Assembly (NCBI GenBank): GCA_963751455.1
Contig: CAVVUN010000004.1
Span: forward strand, 20,946-84,945
DNA: 64,000 nucleotides
Reading direction: 5' to 3'
From: Nitrospirota bacterium
GTDB lineage: Bacteria; Nitrospirota; UBA9217
How positions within the stretch are numbered: the stretch's first letter is position 1; every line of letters begins with the position of its first letter. The notes beneath the pieces were generated by a model, which made no database searches, was not told the DNA's origin, and saw only the letters and a list, made by a program, of their open reading frames with translations. Positions 1 through 9,516 of this stretch are shown here, piece after piece. The position numbers and the translations under genes are program-made.

Positions 1-40
1 GGAAGGCAAAAGATTTAACAAATTATTGCTTCAGGGTTTC

Positions 41-66
41 CTTCGCGTCCTTCGCGCCTTCGCGGT
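41..66. repeat. Right arm of a triple-repeat inverted element (CTTCGCG x3); left arm probably outside the window
   Basis: cttcgcgtc-cttcgcgc-cttcgcggt; same family as the two arms at 18189-18304. Confidence 0.6.
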
Positions 67-257
67 GAGACCGGTTTTAAGGTTTTGACTCGTTTCAAGG
101 GTCTGAGGCCTTTGCCTCGTTAAAATTCTTTTTGCCACTTTGAGAAGAATTTCATTCTTCAGTAACCGAGCCAGAGTTTCAATATAAGAATTGCATTATT
201 CGTTCGGACTTGCCGTCGTCACCGAGAAACTATCCAGGTCCGAAGAGCGGGTAAAAA

Positions 258-1046
258 GTGCTGAAGATTTTTGGATACCTCGGCAGAACCTTTATCGTGT
301 TCCTGCAGGACCTTTCAAGCCTGTACTATCTTTTTACTGAAACGGTCCGGCAAACGTTCGTTGTTTTGAAAGACCGGAAAAAGCTCCGGCAGGCGAATGT
401 GCTGATCCACGTGGATGAGATAGGAGCGCAATCGCTTATGCTGGTCCTGACCGTCTCGGCCCTTCTCGGTATCGCGCTGACAGTACTGATCTCGTTCCAG
501 TTGAAAGAAATAGGGGCGCTCGGTTATATACCCGGTTTTGTGGCGGTTGCCATATTCCGGGAGATGGGCCCGCTGATTACCGCCATGATTGTGGCCGCCC
601 GGATCGGCGCCGCGTTCACTGCCCGCATTGGTACAATGCAGGTTTCCGAAGAGATCCTGGCGCTCGAGACCATGGCCGTCAACCCTGTCCGCTTACTGAT
701 CGTCCAGCGCTTCATCGGGCTTCTCATTGCCCTCCCGGCGCTAACTGTTCTCGGCAGTTTTACTGCCGTGTTCGGAGGGTTTATATTCGGCTCCGGCCGG
801 CTCGGTATCCGGCCGGATACTTATTTGCGGGAGACCGTTGACGTGCTTATGTCCCGGGACATCTATTCAGGCGTCGTCAAAGCGGTTGTTTTTGCTGTTG
901 TAATCGTTTTGATCAGCTGTTACCGCGGTCTTGCAGTCGAGGGCGGCGCCGAGGACGTCGGTAAGGCCACCATGCGCTCCGTAGTCTCGTCGATGCTGGC
1001 GATCATCGTACTGGATACGGTTATGACCACGGCTTTTTACGGATAA
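258..1046 (+). CDS. mlaE: MlaE-family lipid ABC transporter permease
   Basis: 262 aa hydrophobic; REMGPLITAMIVAARIGAAFTARIGTM..SEEILALE and GGAEDVGKAT motifs; operon with ATPase and MCE protein. Confidence 0.92.
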   Translation: MLKIFGYLGRTFIVFLQDLSSLYYLFTETVRQTFVVLKDRKKLRQANVLIHVDEIGAQSLMLVLTVSALLGIALTVLISFQLKEIGALGYIPGFVAVAIFREMGPLITAMIVAARIGAAFTARIGTMQVSEEILALETMAVNPVRLLIVQRFIGLLIALPALTVLGSFTAVFGGFIFGSGRLGIRPDTYLRETVDVLMSRDIYSGVVKAVVFAVVIVLISCYRGLAVEGGAEDVGKATMRSVVSSMLAIIVLDTVMTTAFYG

Positions 1047-1056
1047 CGGAGAAAGC

Positions 1057-1842
1057 ATGCTGCATGTGCAGGACATCCATAAAAATTACGGTGACCGGAA
1101 GGTTCTGAGCGGCGTCAGTTTCTCCGCGGAGCGAAAAAAAATCACGTATATACTGGGATCGAGCGGAGGGGGGAAGAGCACGCTGCTCAAAATCATGATA
1201 GGAGCAGTAAAGCCGGCTGCCGGCAAAGTTCGTTTCGCCGATATGTCAATCACAAGCTTGAGCGATTCTCAACTTGATCCCTTTCGAAAAAAAATGGGAA
1301 TGCTGTTTCAGCATGGGGCCCTCATAAATTCCATGACTGTTGCGGAGAATATTGCGCTGCCGATCAGAGAACATACAGGGCTCGACGACGCGATCATCGG
1401 GATCATGGTCAAAATGAAGCTGGAACTCGTCGGTCTCCGGGATTTCGAGGGCCTCTATCCCGGCGAGTTATCCGGCGGCATGCAGAAGCGCGTCGCTCTT
1501 GCCCGCGCCCTGGCCCTTGATCCGGAAATCGTTTTTTTCGATGAGCCTACTTCGGGCCTGGATCCCATTGTTTCCGCGGTAATAACGAAACTCATATCGG
1601 ATCTGAACCGTCTGCTCGGCATTACCTGCATTGTGGTTACCCATGCAGTTGAGGAGGCAATGAGGACGGCTGACAAAATAGTCATCCTGTACAAGGGGAA
1701 GGTTCTCGCAGAGGGGACCCCGACCGACATTCGAACCAGCGCTGATCCCGTTGTCCAACAGTTTATTACCGGAAGCCCTGATGGCCCGGTCTCGTTCCGT
1801 ACATCAAGCAGGGACTATCGGGAAGACCTGCTGATAGGATGA
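1057..1842 (+). CDS. mlaF: MlaF-family ABC transporter ATP-binding protein
   Basis: Walker A GSSGGGKST, signature LSGGMQKR, FDEPTSGLDP, C-terminal DPVVQQFITG typical of MlaF/Mkl. Confidence 0.92.
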   Translation: MLHVQDIHKNYGDRKVLSGVSFSAERKKITYILGSSGGGKSTLLKIMIGAVKPAAGKVRFADMSITSLSDSQLDPFRKKMGMLFQHGALINSMTVAENIALPIREHTGLDDAIIGIMVKMKLELVGLRDFEGLYPGELSGGMQKRVALARALALDPEIVFFDEPTSGLDPIVSAVITKLISDLNRLLGITCIVVTHAVEEAMRTADKIVILYKGKVLAEGTPTDIRTSADPVVQQFITGSPDGPVSFRTSSRDYREDLLIG

Positions 1843-1861
1843 AGTATGGAGCGAGCCGACA

Positions 1862-1901
1862 CCCTGCACTCGCGGCTTGGCACTCGTAAACGCTGGGTGC
1901 G
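1862..1901. repeat. Palindromic element type A (simple form)
   Basis: ccctgcactcgcggcttggcactcgtaaacgctgggtgcg; related copies at 2869, 2893, 6597, 52749. Confidence 0.65.
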
Positions 1902-1964
1902 AGACCATGTCGGCGTTACTATACGGCAACTCGGTTGCCTTGGTCCAAACATTAAGGAGTAAGT

Positions 1965-2765
1965 ATGGAGTACCGCCGCAGTGAAATACGCGCAGGCATC
2001 TTTCTTCTGCTCTCGTTCGCCGTGTTTGTCGTTATGGTTTTTGCGGTAAGCGACATCAAGAGCATTTTTAAAAAGAAAAAAGAAATACGCGTCTTGTTTG
2101 CGTTCAGCGAGGGTGTCGAGAAGAACGCCCCTGTCAGATATTCAGGCCTGAAAATCGGAAAGGTCGAGGGTGTGCGGATTGCTCCTGAACATCATGACCA
2201 GGTCGAAGTTACCCTGAGTGTATACGGCGACGTGGTCGTCAGGCAGGACACGAAAGCGGCCATAAAAACGCTGGGATTGGTGGGAGGCAAGTACGTTGAA
2301 TTAAGCACGGGATCGTTCGATTCGCCGCCCCTGGCGCCAGGCCAGCTACTGAAAGGCGAAGTTTCCTTGAAACTCGAAGATCTGACAGCGGCTGCGCTTA
2401 CCGTCGTCGGCAAGCTTATGAATATCGCGAACAATCTCGACGGGGTTCTTGGCGATCCGGCTCTTTCGAAGTCACTGAAGACAACGGTACAGAACCTCCA
2501 GGAGGTTTCGGACAACGTCAAGGTCATGACATCGGGCAAGGAGGAGGTCGCCCGAAGTCTCAAAAATCTGCCGGACATCATGAAGAAACTCGACACCAGC
2601 GCGGACAATCTAAAAACCATAACTGAGAAAACCGATAAACTGGTTGGTGAGAACGGAAAAAATATAGACGCCATGATGGAAAGTTTCAGGGACATGGCAA
2701 AGAACCTCAAGGAAACCTCGGACGACGTCAAGGGCAATCCCTGGAAACTGATCAGGAAACCATGA
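1965..2765 (+). CDS. mlaD: MlaD/MCE-family protein
   Basis: N-terminal TM, MCE motifs GVEKNAPVRYSGLKIGKV and TLGLVGGKYVEL, helical tail ending NPWKLI; RBS AAGGAG. Confidence 0.9.
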   Translation: MEYRRSEIRAGIFLLLSFAVFVVMVFAVSDIKSIFKKKKEIRVLFAFSEGVEKNAPVRYSGLKIGKVEGVRIAPEHHDQVEVTLSVYGDVVVRQDTKAAIKTLGLVGGKYVELSTGSFDSPPLAPGQLLKGEVSLKLEDLTAAALTVVGKLMNIANNLDGVLGDPALSKSLKTTVQNLQEVSDNVKVMTSGKEEVARSLKNLPDIMKKLDTSADNLKTITEKTDKLVGENGKNIDAMMESFRDMAKNLKETSDDVKGNPWKLIRKP

Positions 2766-2770
2766 TTCGA

Positions 2771-2972
2771 TTGCGGATTGATGATTGCGAATTTCGGAGT
2801 GAAAACCACCCCTCTCTTTAGTCCTCTCCCCTGAGGGGAGAGGGTTGGGTGAGGGGACAATGCGCATACCCTGCATTCGCGCTGACGCACAGCCTGCATT
2901 TGCGCTTCGCACTCATAAGCGCTGGCCGCAGGCTCGCAAGCGCTGGGCACAAGATTCCGCAATTCGAAAATG
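2771..2972. repeat. Composite intergenic repeat: heptamer inverted arms enclosing a CCCTCTCCC-type REP-like palindrome and two nested type A elements
   Basis: ttgcgga/ttgatga/ttgcgaa/tttcgga (2771-2798); cctctcccctgaggggagagggttgggtgagggg (2823-2856); A-in-A at 2869-2953; attccgc-aattcga (2954-2967). Confidence 0.7.
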
Positions 2973-2986
2973 AATAAGGAGAGTTC

Positions 2987-4243
2987 ATGAGCATTCAGGC
3001 CATCAAGGGTGTAAAGGATATTCTGCCCCAGGATATGCCCGCATGGCATTTTCTGGAGGCAACGGCAAGAAAGCTGTTCGAGAGTTACGGTTTCTCAGAG
3101 ATCCGCGTTCCGATATTCGAATACACCGAGTTGTTTGCCCGCAGTATCGGGGCTTCCACGGACATAGTGGAAAAGGAAATGTATACTTTCGAGGACCGGG
3201 ATGGTAAAAAAATTACACTCCGGCCCGAAGGGACAGCCGGAGTTGTGCGCGCTTTCATAGAGCACAAAATGCACGTGGACACCCAGCTTACCAAGCTCTA
3301 TTACGCGGGACCGATGTTCAGGCATGAGCGGCCGCAGAAAGGACGCTACCGGCAATTTTATCAAATCGGCGTCGAAGCCCTCGGCCTGGATCATCCGCAT
3401 GTGGATATCGAAATACTGGTCATGCTTAGCACGCTTTTCGCAAGGCTCGGCATCGAAGACCTCACGCTTCAGATAAATTCACTTGGAGACCAGTCTTGCC
3501 GGGGAGCATATCGAGACGCTTTAAAAAAATATCTGAACGCAAAACTGCCGACCCTGTGCGAAGACTGCCGCCGGCGGTACGAGACGAACCCGCTGCGCGT
3601 GCTTGATTGTAAGGTGGACGCTGACAAATTCAGCGATTCACCGGTGATGCTCGACTATCTCTGCGGTCCCTGCAAAGATCACTTTGAGACCGTGGAAGCA
3701 GGCCTGCAAAAGCTCGGCGTCCGCTTTTCCGTGAACCCGAGACTGGTTCGGGGCCTCGACTATTATACGAGGACCACGTTCGAGCTGGTTATGGGTCACA
3801 TGGGAGCGCAGAATACGGTGGCAGCAGGCGGCCGGTATGACGGGCTGGTTCAGGAAATCGGCGGTCCTGCAACGCCGGGAATAGGATTTGCTCTTGGAGT
3901 CGAACGGGCCGTCTCTCTCATGAACCTCTCTCGTGTGAAGCCTGCTTATCCTGACGTGTTCATCGCGGCCCTCGGCCAGGAAGCCGTAGCATTCGTACTT
4001 CCCCTGATTCACGATCTCCGTTCCTCGGGCATTCGGGTTGAGACTGATTATACGGGAGCGAGCCTCAAGAGCCAGATGAAGAAGGCTGATAAGTCAGGCG
4101 CTCGCCATACCCTGATTGTGGGCGAGCAGGAACTGAACTCAGAGACCGCGGTACTCCGGAACATGCAAAACAAGGAACAAGTTTCCATTGCTCTCGCAAA
4201 TCTGGTTGCAGAATTAAAGAATAAAATGAAAGCAGGAAGCTAA
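2987..4243 (+). CDS. hisS: Histidine--tRNA ligase
   Basis: LRPEGTAGVVR, FRHERPQKGRYRQFYQ, LVRGLDYY and GGRYDGL motifs. Confidence 0.98.
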   Translation: MSIQAIKGVKDILPQDMPAWHFLEATARKLFESYGFSEIRVPIFEYTELFARSIGASTDIVEKEMYTFEDRDGKKITLRPEGTAGVVRAFIEHKMHVDTQLTKLYYAGPMFRHERPQKGRYRQFYQIGVEALGLDHPHVDIEILVMLSTLFARLGIEDLTLQINSLGDQSCRGAYRDALKKYLNAKLPTLCEDCRRRYETNPLRVLDCKVDADKFSDSPVMLDYLCGPCKDHFETVEAGLQKLGVRFSVNPRLVRGLDYYTRTTFELVMGHMGAQNTVAAGGRYDGLVQEIGGPATPGIGFALGVERAVSLMNLSRVKPAYPDVFIAALGQEAVAFVLPLIHDLRSSGIRVETDYTGASLKSQMKKADKSGARHTLIVGEQELNSETAVLRNMQNKEQVSIALANLVAELKNKMKAGS

Positions 4244-4384
4244 GCAGGTATACTTCGATGGTGACTGTCCGTTTCTAATAATCGCGGTCGGATCCAGTTT
4301 TTTAAGCTCTTGATAAAATGCTTCTGGTTTTTAATATCTTTTATTCATGATTATGAGAAAAATACGTATCCTTGTTGATACGAC

Positions 4385-4873
4385 ATGTCCATAATGAAGA
4401 TAGGCGTCATTTCCGATACTCACGTTCCGACAATTTCGCCGTCGCTGCCTGCGGCGGTATTCGAGCTATTCAAAGGTGTGGACTTTATCTTTCACGCGGG
4501 GGATATCGTCGTGCTTTCCGTGCTCGAGGAACTGAGGTCTATTGCACCGGTAGAGGCCGTTGCCGGAAACATGGATGACTCCGAAGTTCAACTCAAACTT
4601 CCCCGCAAGAAGGTGTTTTCCCTCAACGGATTTACAATAGGCCTTACTCACGGAAAATTCAAGATTGACAGCCAGCTGGAGATGGTTAAAAACGAGTTTG
4701 ACAAGGTCGACATTATCGTCTATGGTCATTCGCATACTCCGTTCTGGGGCAAGGTAGACGGAATATATTTCCTCAACCCGGGGAGTCCGACCGACAAACG
4801 CCACGCACCGTATAATTCCATAGCTCTCCTTGATCTAAACGATGAACCGACCGCGCAGATTATCAGGATTTGA
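4385..4873 (+). CDS. YfcE/MJ0936-family metallophosphoesterase
   Basis: ISDTH, HAGD, GNMD, THG, GHSH and NPGS calcineurin-like motifs. Confidence 0.92.
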   Translation: MSIMKIGVISDTHVPTISPSLPAAVFELFKGVDFIFHAGDIVVLSVLEELRSIAPVEAVAGNMDDSEVQLKLPRKKVFSLNGFTIGLTHGKFKIDSQLEMVKNEFDKVDIIVYGHSHTPFWGKVDGIYFLNPGSPTDKRHAPYNSIALLDLNDEPTAQIIRI

Positions 4874-5113
4874 ATAACGAGACTGCTGAACCTTGCCCGG
4901 ATAGCCCCCGTCCCCCCCGGGACCGCTGCTTCTTGCATTAAAGCAAACATTCCTTCTGACCCTTTGCTGTAAATATTAGTGCCTTTGGAAAAAAAATGAT
5001 TGTTTGTCCGCAAAAGAAGTAATGATATTCATCCCGTCATTTGCCTATTAATAGCTGGCTTGCGACTTATCTATTTTGTACTGCATATCGAAATTCTTTT
5101 TTTGGGTTTTAAG

Positions 5114-5142
5114 TTGCAAAGACATCAGGTTTATGATATTTT
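5114..5142 (+). promoter_or_regulatory. Putative sigma70 promoter just upstream of the mutase start codon (possibly leaderless)
   Basis: TTGCAA-17nt-TATTTT with TG extension; ATG begins 7 nt after the -10; no SD. Confidence 0.45.
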
Positions 5143-5148
5143 TGGCAT

Positions 5149-6579
5149 ATGGCACATGAAAAAATAAAATTTGGAACGTCCGGATGGCGCGGTGTTATTG
5201 CCGACGACTTCACCTTTTCAAGAGTACGCGCCGTCACCCAGGCAATTGCGGACCATTTGGCCAACCAGGGACTGAAGGACAAGGGCGTTGTCGTAGGATA
5301 TGATACCCGTTTTCTCTCTGAACGGTTCGCAGCAGAGGCCGTCAAAGTGCTCGCCGCAAACGGGATCCGCTCTTATTTATCAAACAGAGACGTACCAACG
5401 CCCGCAGTCGCATTTGAGATCATTCGAAGAAAGGCGGCAGGGGGCATAAATTTCACCGCAAGCCACAATCCGCCCGAATATAACGGTCTCAAATTTTCGC
5501 CTTCATGGGGAGGACCGGCGCTGCCGGAAACAACAAAAGATATAGAAACACGGGCCAACGCACTTGCGGACAAAAACACCATACCTGTAATGCCGCTTGC
5601 GGAAGCCAGGCAAAAAGGCATGTTCGAGGAAACTGATTTCCGAAAGTTCTATCTCGACGACCTGCGGAAAAAGATCGACTTTGAACCAATTAAAAAAGCG
5701 AAACTGAAGATCGCGGTTGATGTTCTCTACGGAACCGGAAGGGACTATCTCGACAGTGCGCTGCGCGACGCAGGCTGCGCCGTAACCGTGGTGCACGGAA
5801 ACAGGGACGCGCTGTTCGGAGGCCATTCCCCTGAGCCGTCTGAAGAAAATCTTGTTGATCTTTCCGCGGTGATGAAGAAAAGCAGGTTCGACATAGGGCT
5901 CGGCGTTGACGGAGATGCGGATCGCTTCGGCATTCTCGACCAGGACGGCTCCTATATCAACCCGAACCAAGTCCTGGCGCTGGTCCTCGATTATCTCTGC
6001 CGCACACGCGGGTGGAAGGGCGGGGCTGCTCGCTCGATCGCAACCTCTCACCTGGTTGACGCGGTCGCAAAGAAGCACGGCATTGAAGTGTACGAAACCA
6101 GCGTAGGGTTCAAATTTATCGGAGACCTGCTTGTACAGGGAAAGATTATTTTCGGAGGCGAGGAAAGCGCCGGCATGACGATCAAGGACCATGTGCCGGA
6201 AAAGGACGGCATACTCGCCTGCTTGCTCGTAGCCGAGATGGTTTCAAGCGAAAGAAAATCATTGAAGGAAATGCTCAAGCGTCTGTATAAAGAGGTCGGG
6301 ACAATCCTCAACGACCGCGTTAATATCCATCTGACGGAAGCGAATCGCGCAGAGGTAAACGCCCGGCTCAGCCAGCCTTTGAATGAGCTCGGAGGCATGA
6401 GGATAAAAGGCAAGAAAACAACGGCAGACGGCACTAAATATATGCTTGAGGACGACAGTTGGGTGCTGATGCGCGCTTCAGGCACGGAGCCCGTCGTACG
6501 GGTCTATGTAGAGGCTGGGTCAGAGCAGACAATCAGGGAACTGAGCGAGGCAGGCAGGAAGTTCATATTGGGACAATAA
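5149..6579 (+). CDS. Phosphoglucomutase/phosphomannomutase family protein
   Basis: FGTSGWRG, TASHNP (phosphoserine), DGDADR (metal), GEESAG and RASGTEP motifs. Confidence 0.95.
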   Translation: MAHEKIKFGTSGWRGVIADDFTFSRVRAVTQAIADHLANQGLKDKGVVVGYDTRFLSERFAAEAVKVLAANGIRSYLSNRDVPTPAVAFEIIRRKAAGGINFTASHNPPEYNGLKFSPSWGGPALPETTKDIETRANALADKNTIPVMPLAEARQKGMFEETDFRKFYLDDLRKKIDFEPIKKAKLKIAVDVLYGTGRDYLDSALRDAGCAVTVVHGNRDALFGGHSPEPSEENLVDLSAVMKKSRFDIGLGVDGDADRFGILDQDGSYINPNQVLALVLDYLCRTRGWKGGAARSIATSHLVDAVAKKHGIEVYETSVGFKFIGDLLVQGKIIFGGEESAGMTIKDHVPEKDGILACLLVAEMVSSERKSLKEMLKRLYKEVGTILNDRVNIHLTEANRAEVNARLSQPLNELGGMRIKGKKTTADGTKYMLEDDSWVLMRASGTEPVVRVYVEAGSEQTIRELSEAGRKFILGQ

Positions 6580-6584
6580 CTTAA

Positions 6585-6851
6585 TTGCGGATTTCACCCT
6601 GCACTCGCGCGAGCCGCTGCTTAGACTCGTTGTCGTACCATCTCGCTACAGAAACGCGAGACGGGAATCAAGGGCCTCATAAGCGCTGGGCGCAGGCGGA
6701 TTGCGGAATGCGGAATCTGAGATGAATCGATGTTGAAGCGACGGGGAGAAGCGAAGCGGGAAGTCGATGCACGATCTATGTTGCACGTGCATGATCCATG
6801 ATGCAGGAATATTCCTTTTGGGATTGTGAAATAATCCGAAATCCGAAATTG
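6585..6851. repeat. Composite intergenic repeat: heptamer tract interrupted by a type A element carrying a type B hairpin
   Basis: ttgcgga-tttc[A 6597-6696 containing B ~6619-6678]gga-ttgcgga-atgcgga ... aatccga-aatccga; A+B core nearly the same as 52749-52848. Confidence 0.7.
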
Positions 6852-6865
6852 AATGAGGGGGATGA

Positions 6866-8149
<1,284 letters not shown>

Positions 8150-8166
8150 AATTAAAAAAACTACTT

Positions 8167-8253
8167 GCCACAGAGATCGCAGAGAAAAGCGTGAAAAGAA
8201 GTTAAACTGAATTTTAATTTATCTTCCTCCGTGCTCTCTGTGACCTCGGTGGT
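8167..8253. repeat. Triple-repeat inverted element (CACAGAG type) with AT-rich core
   Basis: gccacagagatcgcagagaaaagcgtga ... ctccgtgctctctgtgacctcggtggt. Confidence 0.6.
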
Positions 8254-8306
8254 AAAAGGTTTTTTCGTTTTTATTAATTCCGAAACCCACAATCCGCATT
8301 TGTATT

Positions 8307-8687
8307 ATGGATAGACCCGCCTTTGAAAAACTGGTTCAACAATCGCTCCGTCGCCTTCCGCGCAGATTCAAACAGAAACTCAAGAATATATCTATAGAAG
8401 TAGAGGACTATCCTTCGTCGGAGCTCTTGAGAGACATGGGCATAGAGCAAGGAACTCTTTTCGGACTCTACCAGGGAGTTCCGCTTACCGAGCGGGAGTG
8501 GAATTTCGGCAATGTACTCCCGGACCGTATCGTTATTTATCAGGGACCCATAGAGAGGGAGGCGAAATCACCAGAGGAAATTGAAGAGATAGTCCTGGAC
8601 ACCGTAATGCATGAAATCGGGCATTATTTCGGCTTCGGCGATGAGGAATTGTATGAGATAGAAGATAATAAAAGAAAGAATAAATAA
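8307..8687 (+). CDS. Minimal zincin metallopeptidase (Zincin_1/DUF1025-like)
   Basis: LFGLYQGVPLTER, PDRIVIYQGPI, HEIGHYFG. Confidence 0.9.
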   Translation: MDRPAFEKLVQQSLRRLPRRFKQKLKNISIEVEDYPSSELLRDMGIEQGTLFGLYQGVPLTEREWNFGNVLPDRIVIYQGPIEREAKSPEEIEEIVLDTVMHEIGHYFGFGDEELYEIEDNKRKNK

Positions 8688-8702
8688 TCCTAAAAAAAGC
8701 AG

Positions 8703-8848
8703 TTGGGACGCAGAAAAATCGGATGAACGCAGATAAAGCTTGAAAAAAGTAATTTTCAACTTGTAAAAAGAATCACCCAATTGGTGAGTCGCATTTAATC
8801 AAAAAGACTTTGTTTTATCTGCGCAAATCTGCGTTCATCTGCGTCCAA
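8703..8848. repeat. Triple-repeat inverted element (ATCTGCG type, 10-nt period)
   Basis: ttgggacgcagaaaaatcggatgaacgcagataaa ... tttatctgcgcaaatctgcgttcatctgcgtccaa. Confidence 0.7.
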
Positions 8849-8944
8849 TTGCCGTTTTCCGGATAAACAGTGTGATATTCTCCAATCGTCACGTTCGATA
8901 AGATCCAGTAGCCCTCGATTTAAAAGCCTGCTGAAATTCATCTG

Positions 8945-9516
8945 AGAATTCTAGTTCACAATACCTGCAAAATTTCAAATTTTAATCGCAGCAAAATCGC
9001 AAAAATTGCCGAATGAAATCGCAAGAATTGCCGAAGCTGTGCAACTTTATGTTTTACCCTAAAAATACCGGGTCCACAATTTTCATGTACTTTAGTCCTT
9101 TTTTCGTGTCAAAGACGGTTCAACACGGCCTCAAATTACAATTTGAATTTGCAATTCTATAAGACCTTAGTTATAGTTAAACCCTATTCATAAAAAAATC
9201 AGCATTTAAGTATCGGGGAGGCAGCAGTGGGAAGAAATGCGATCTTTTCGTTTTTCCAATCCGCAAGCACCCTCGGCCGTGCGAGGCCAAAAGTGGTTTT
9301 TTATCTTTTCCTGATCCTGGCTTTTATCATTCTTTTTCCGGTGATGAGCTATGCCGCTGACAATAACCTCGAAAAAGACGTGCAGACCAGCCTTGAGCAG
9401 AGCAGGGCAATTGTCATTATCATCCGGAATAAGATCCAATCCGACTCTTCCATTTCCGCAGAAATCGCACAGCTTAAAAAAGAAGCGGAGAATATCCGGG
9501 TATCTCACATGCTCCT
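8945..9516 (+). repeat. ~570-bp near-identical direct repeat, copy 1 (promoter + first ~95 codons of the module gene)
   Basis: Matches 21356-21928 with few mismatches, mostly in the first ~65 bp; identity drops abruptly afterwards. Confidence 0.95.
9149..9177 (+). promoter_or_regulatory. Sigma70-type promoter of module 1
   Basis: TTGCAA-17nt-TATAGT; palindrome TCAAATT-AC-AATTTGA at 9131-9146; RBS GGAGG before GTG 9227. Confidence 0.65.

Noticed and set aside
2192-3049. Long antisense or overlapping ORFs (e.g. 2192-3049, 5503-6192, 55761-56666, 61973-62932)
   Set aside because: They shadow well-supported genes on the opposite strand or run through repeats, and carry no recognisable motifs.
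4875-4940. SRP RNA or other ncRNA on the minus strand (GAAGCAGC)
   Set aside because: The upstream CAGG..GGAAG part of the SRP motif is missing and no convincing fold is evident.
9125-9142. Sigma54 promoter for the modules
   Set aside because: GG-N10-GC spacing is not met; a good sigma70 match lies just downstream.
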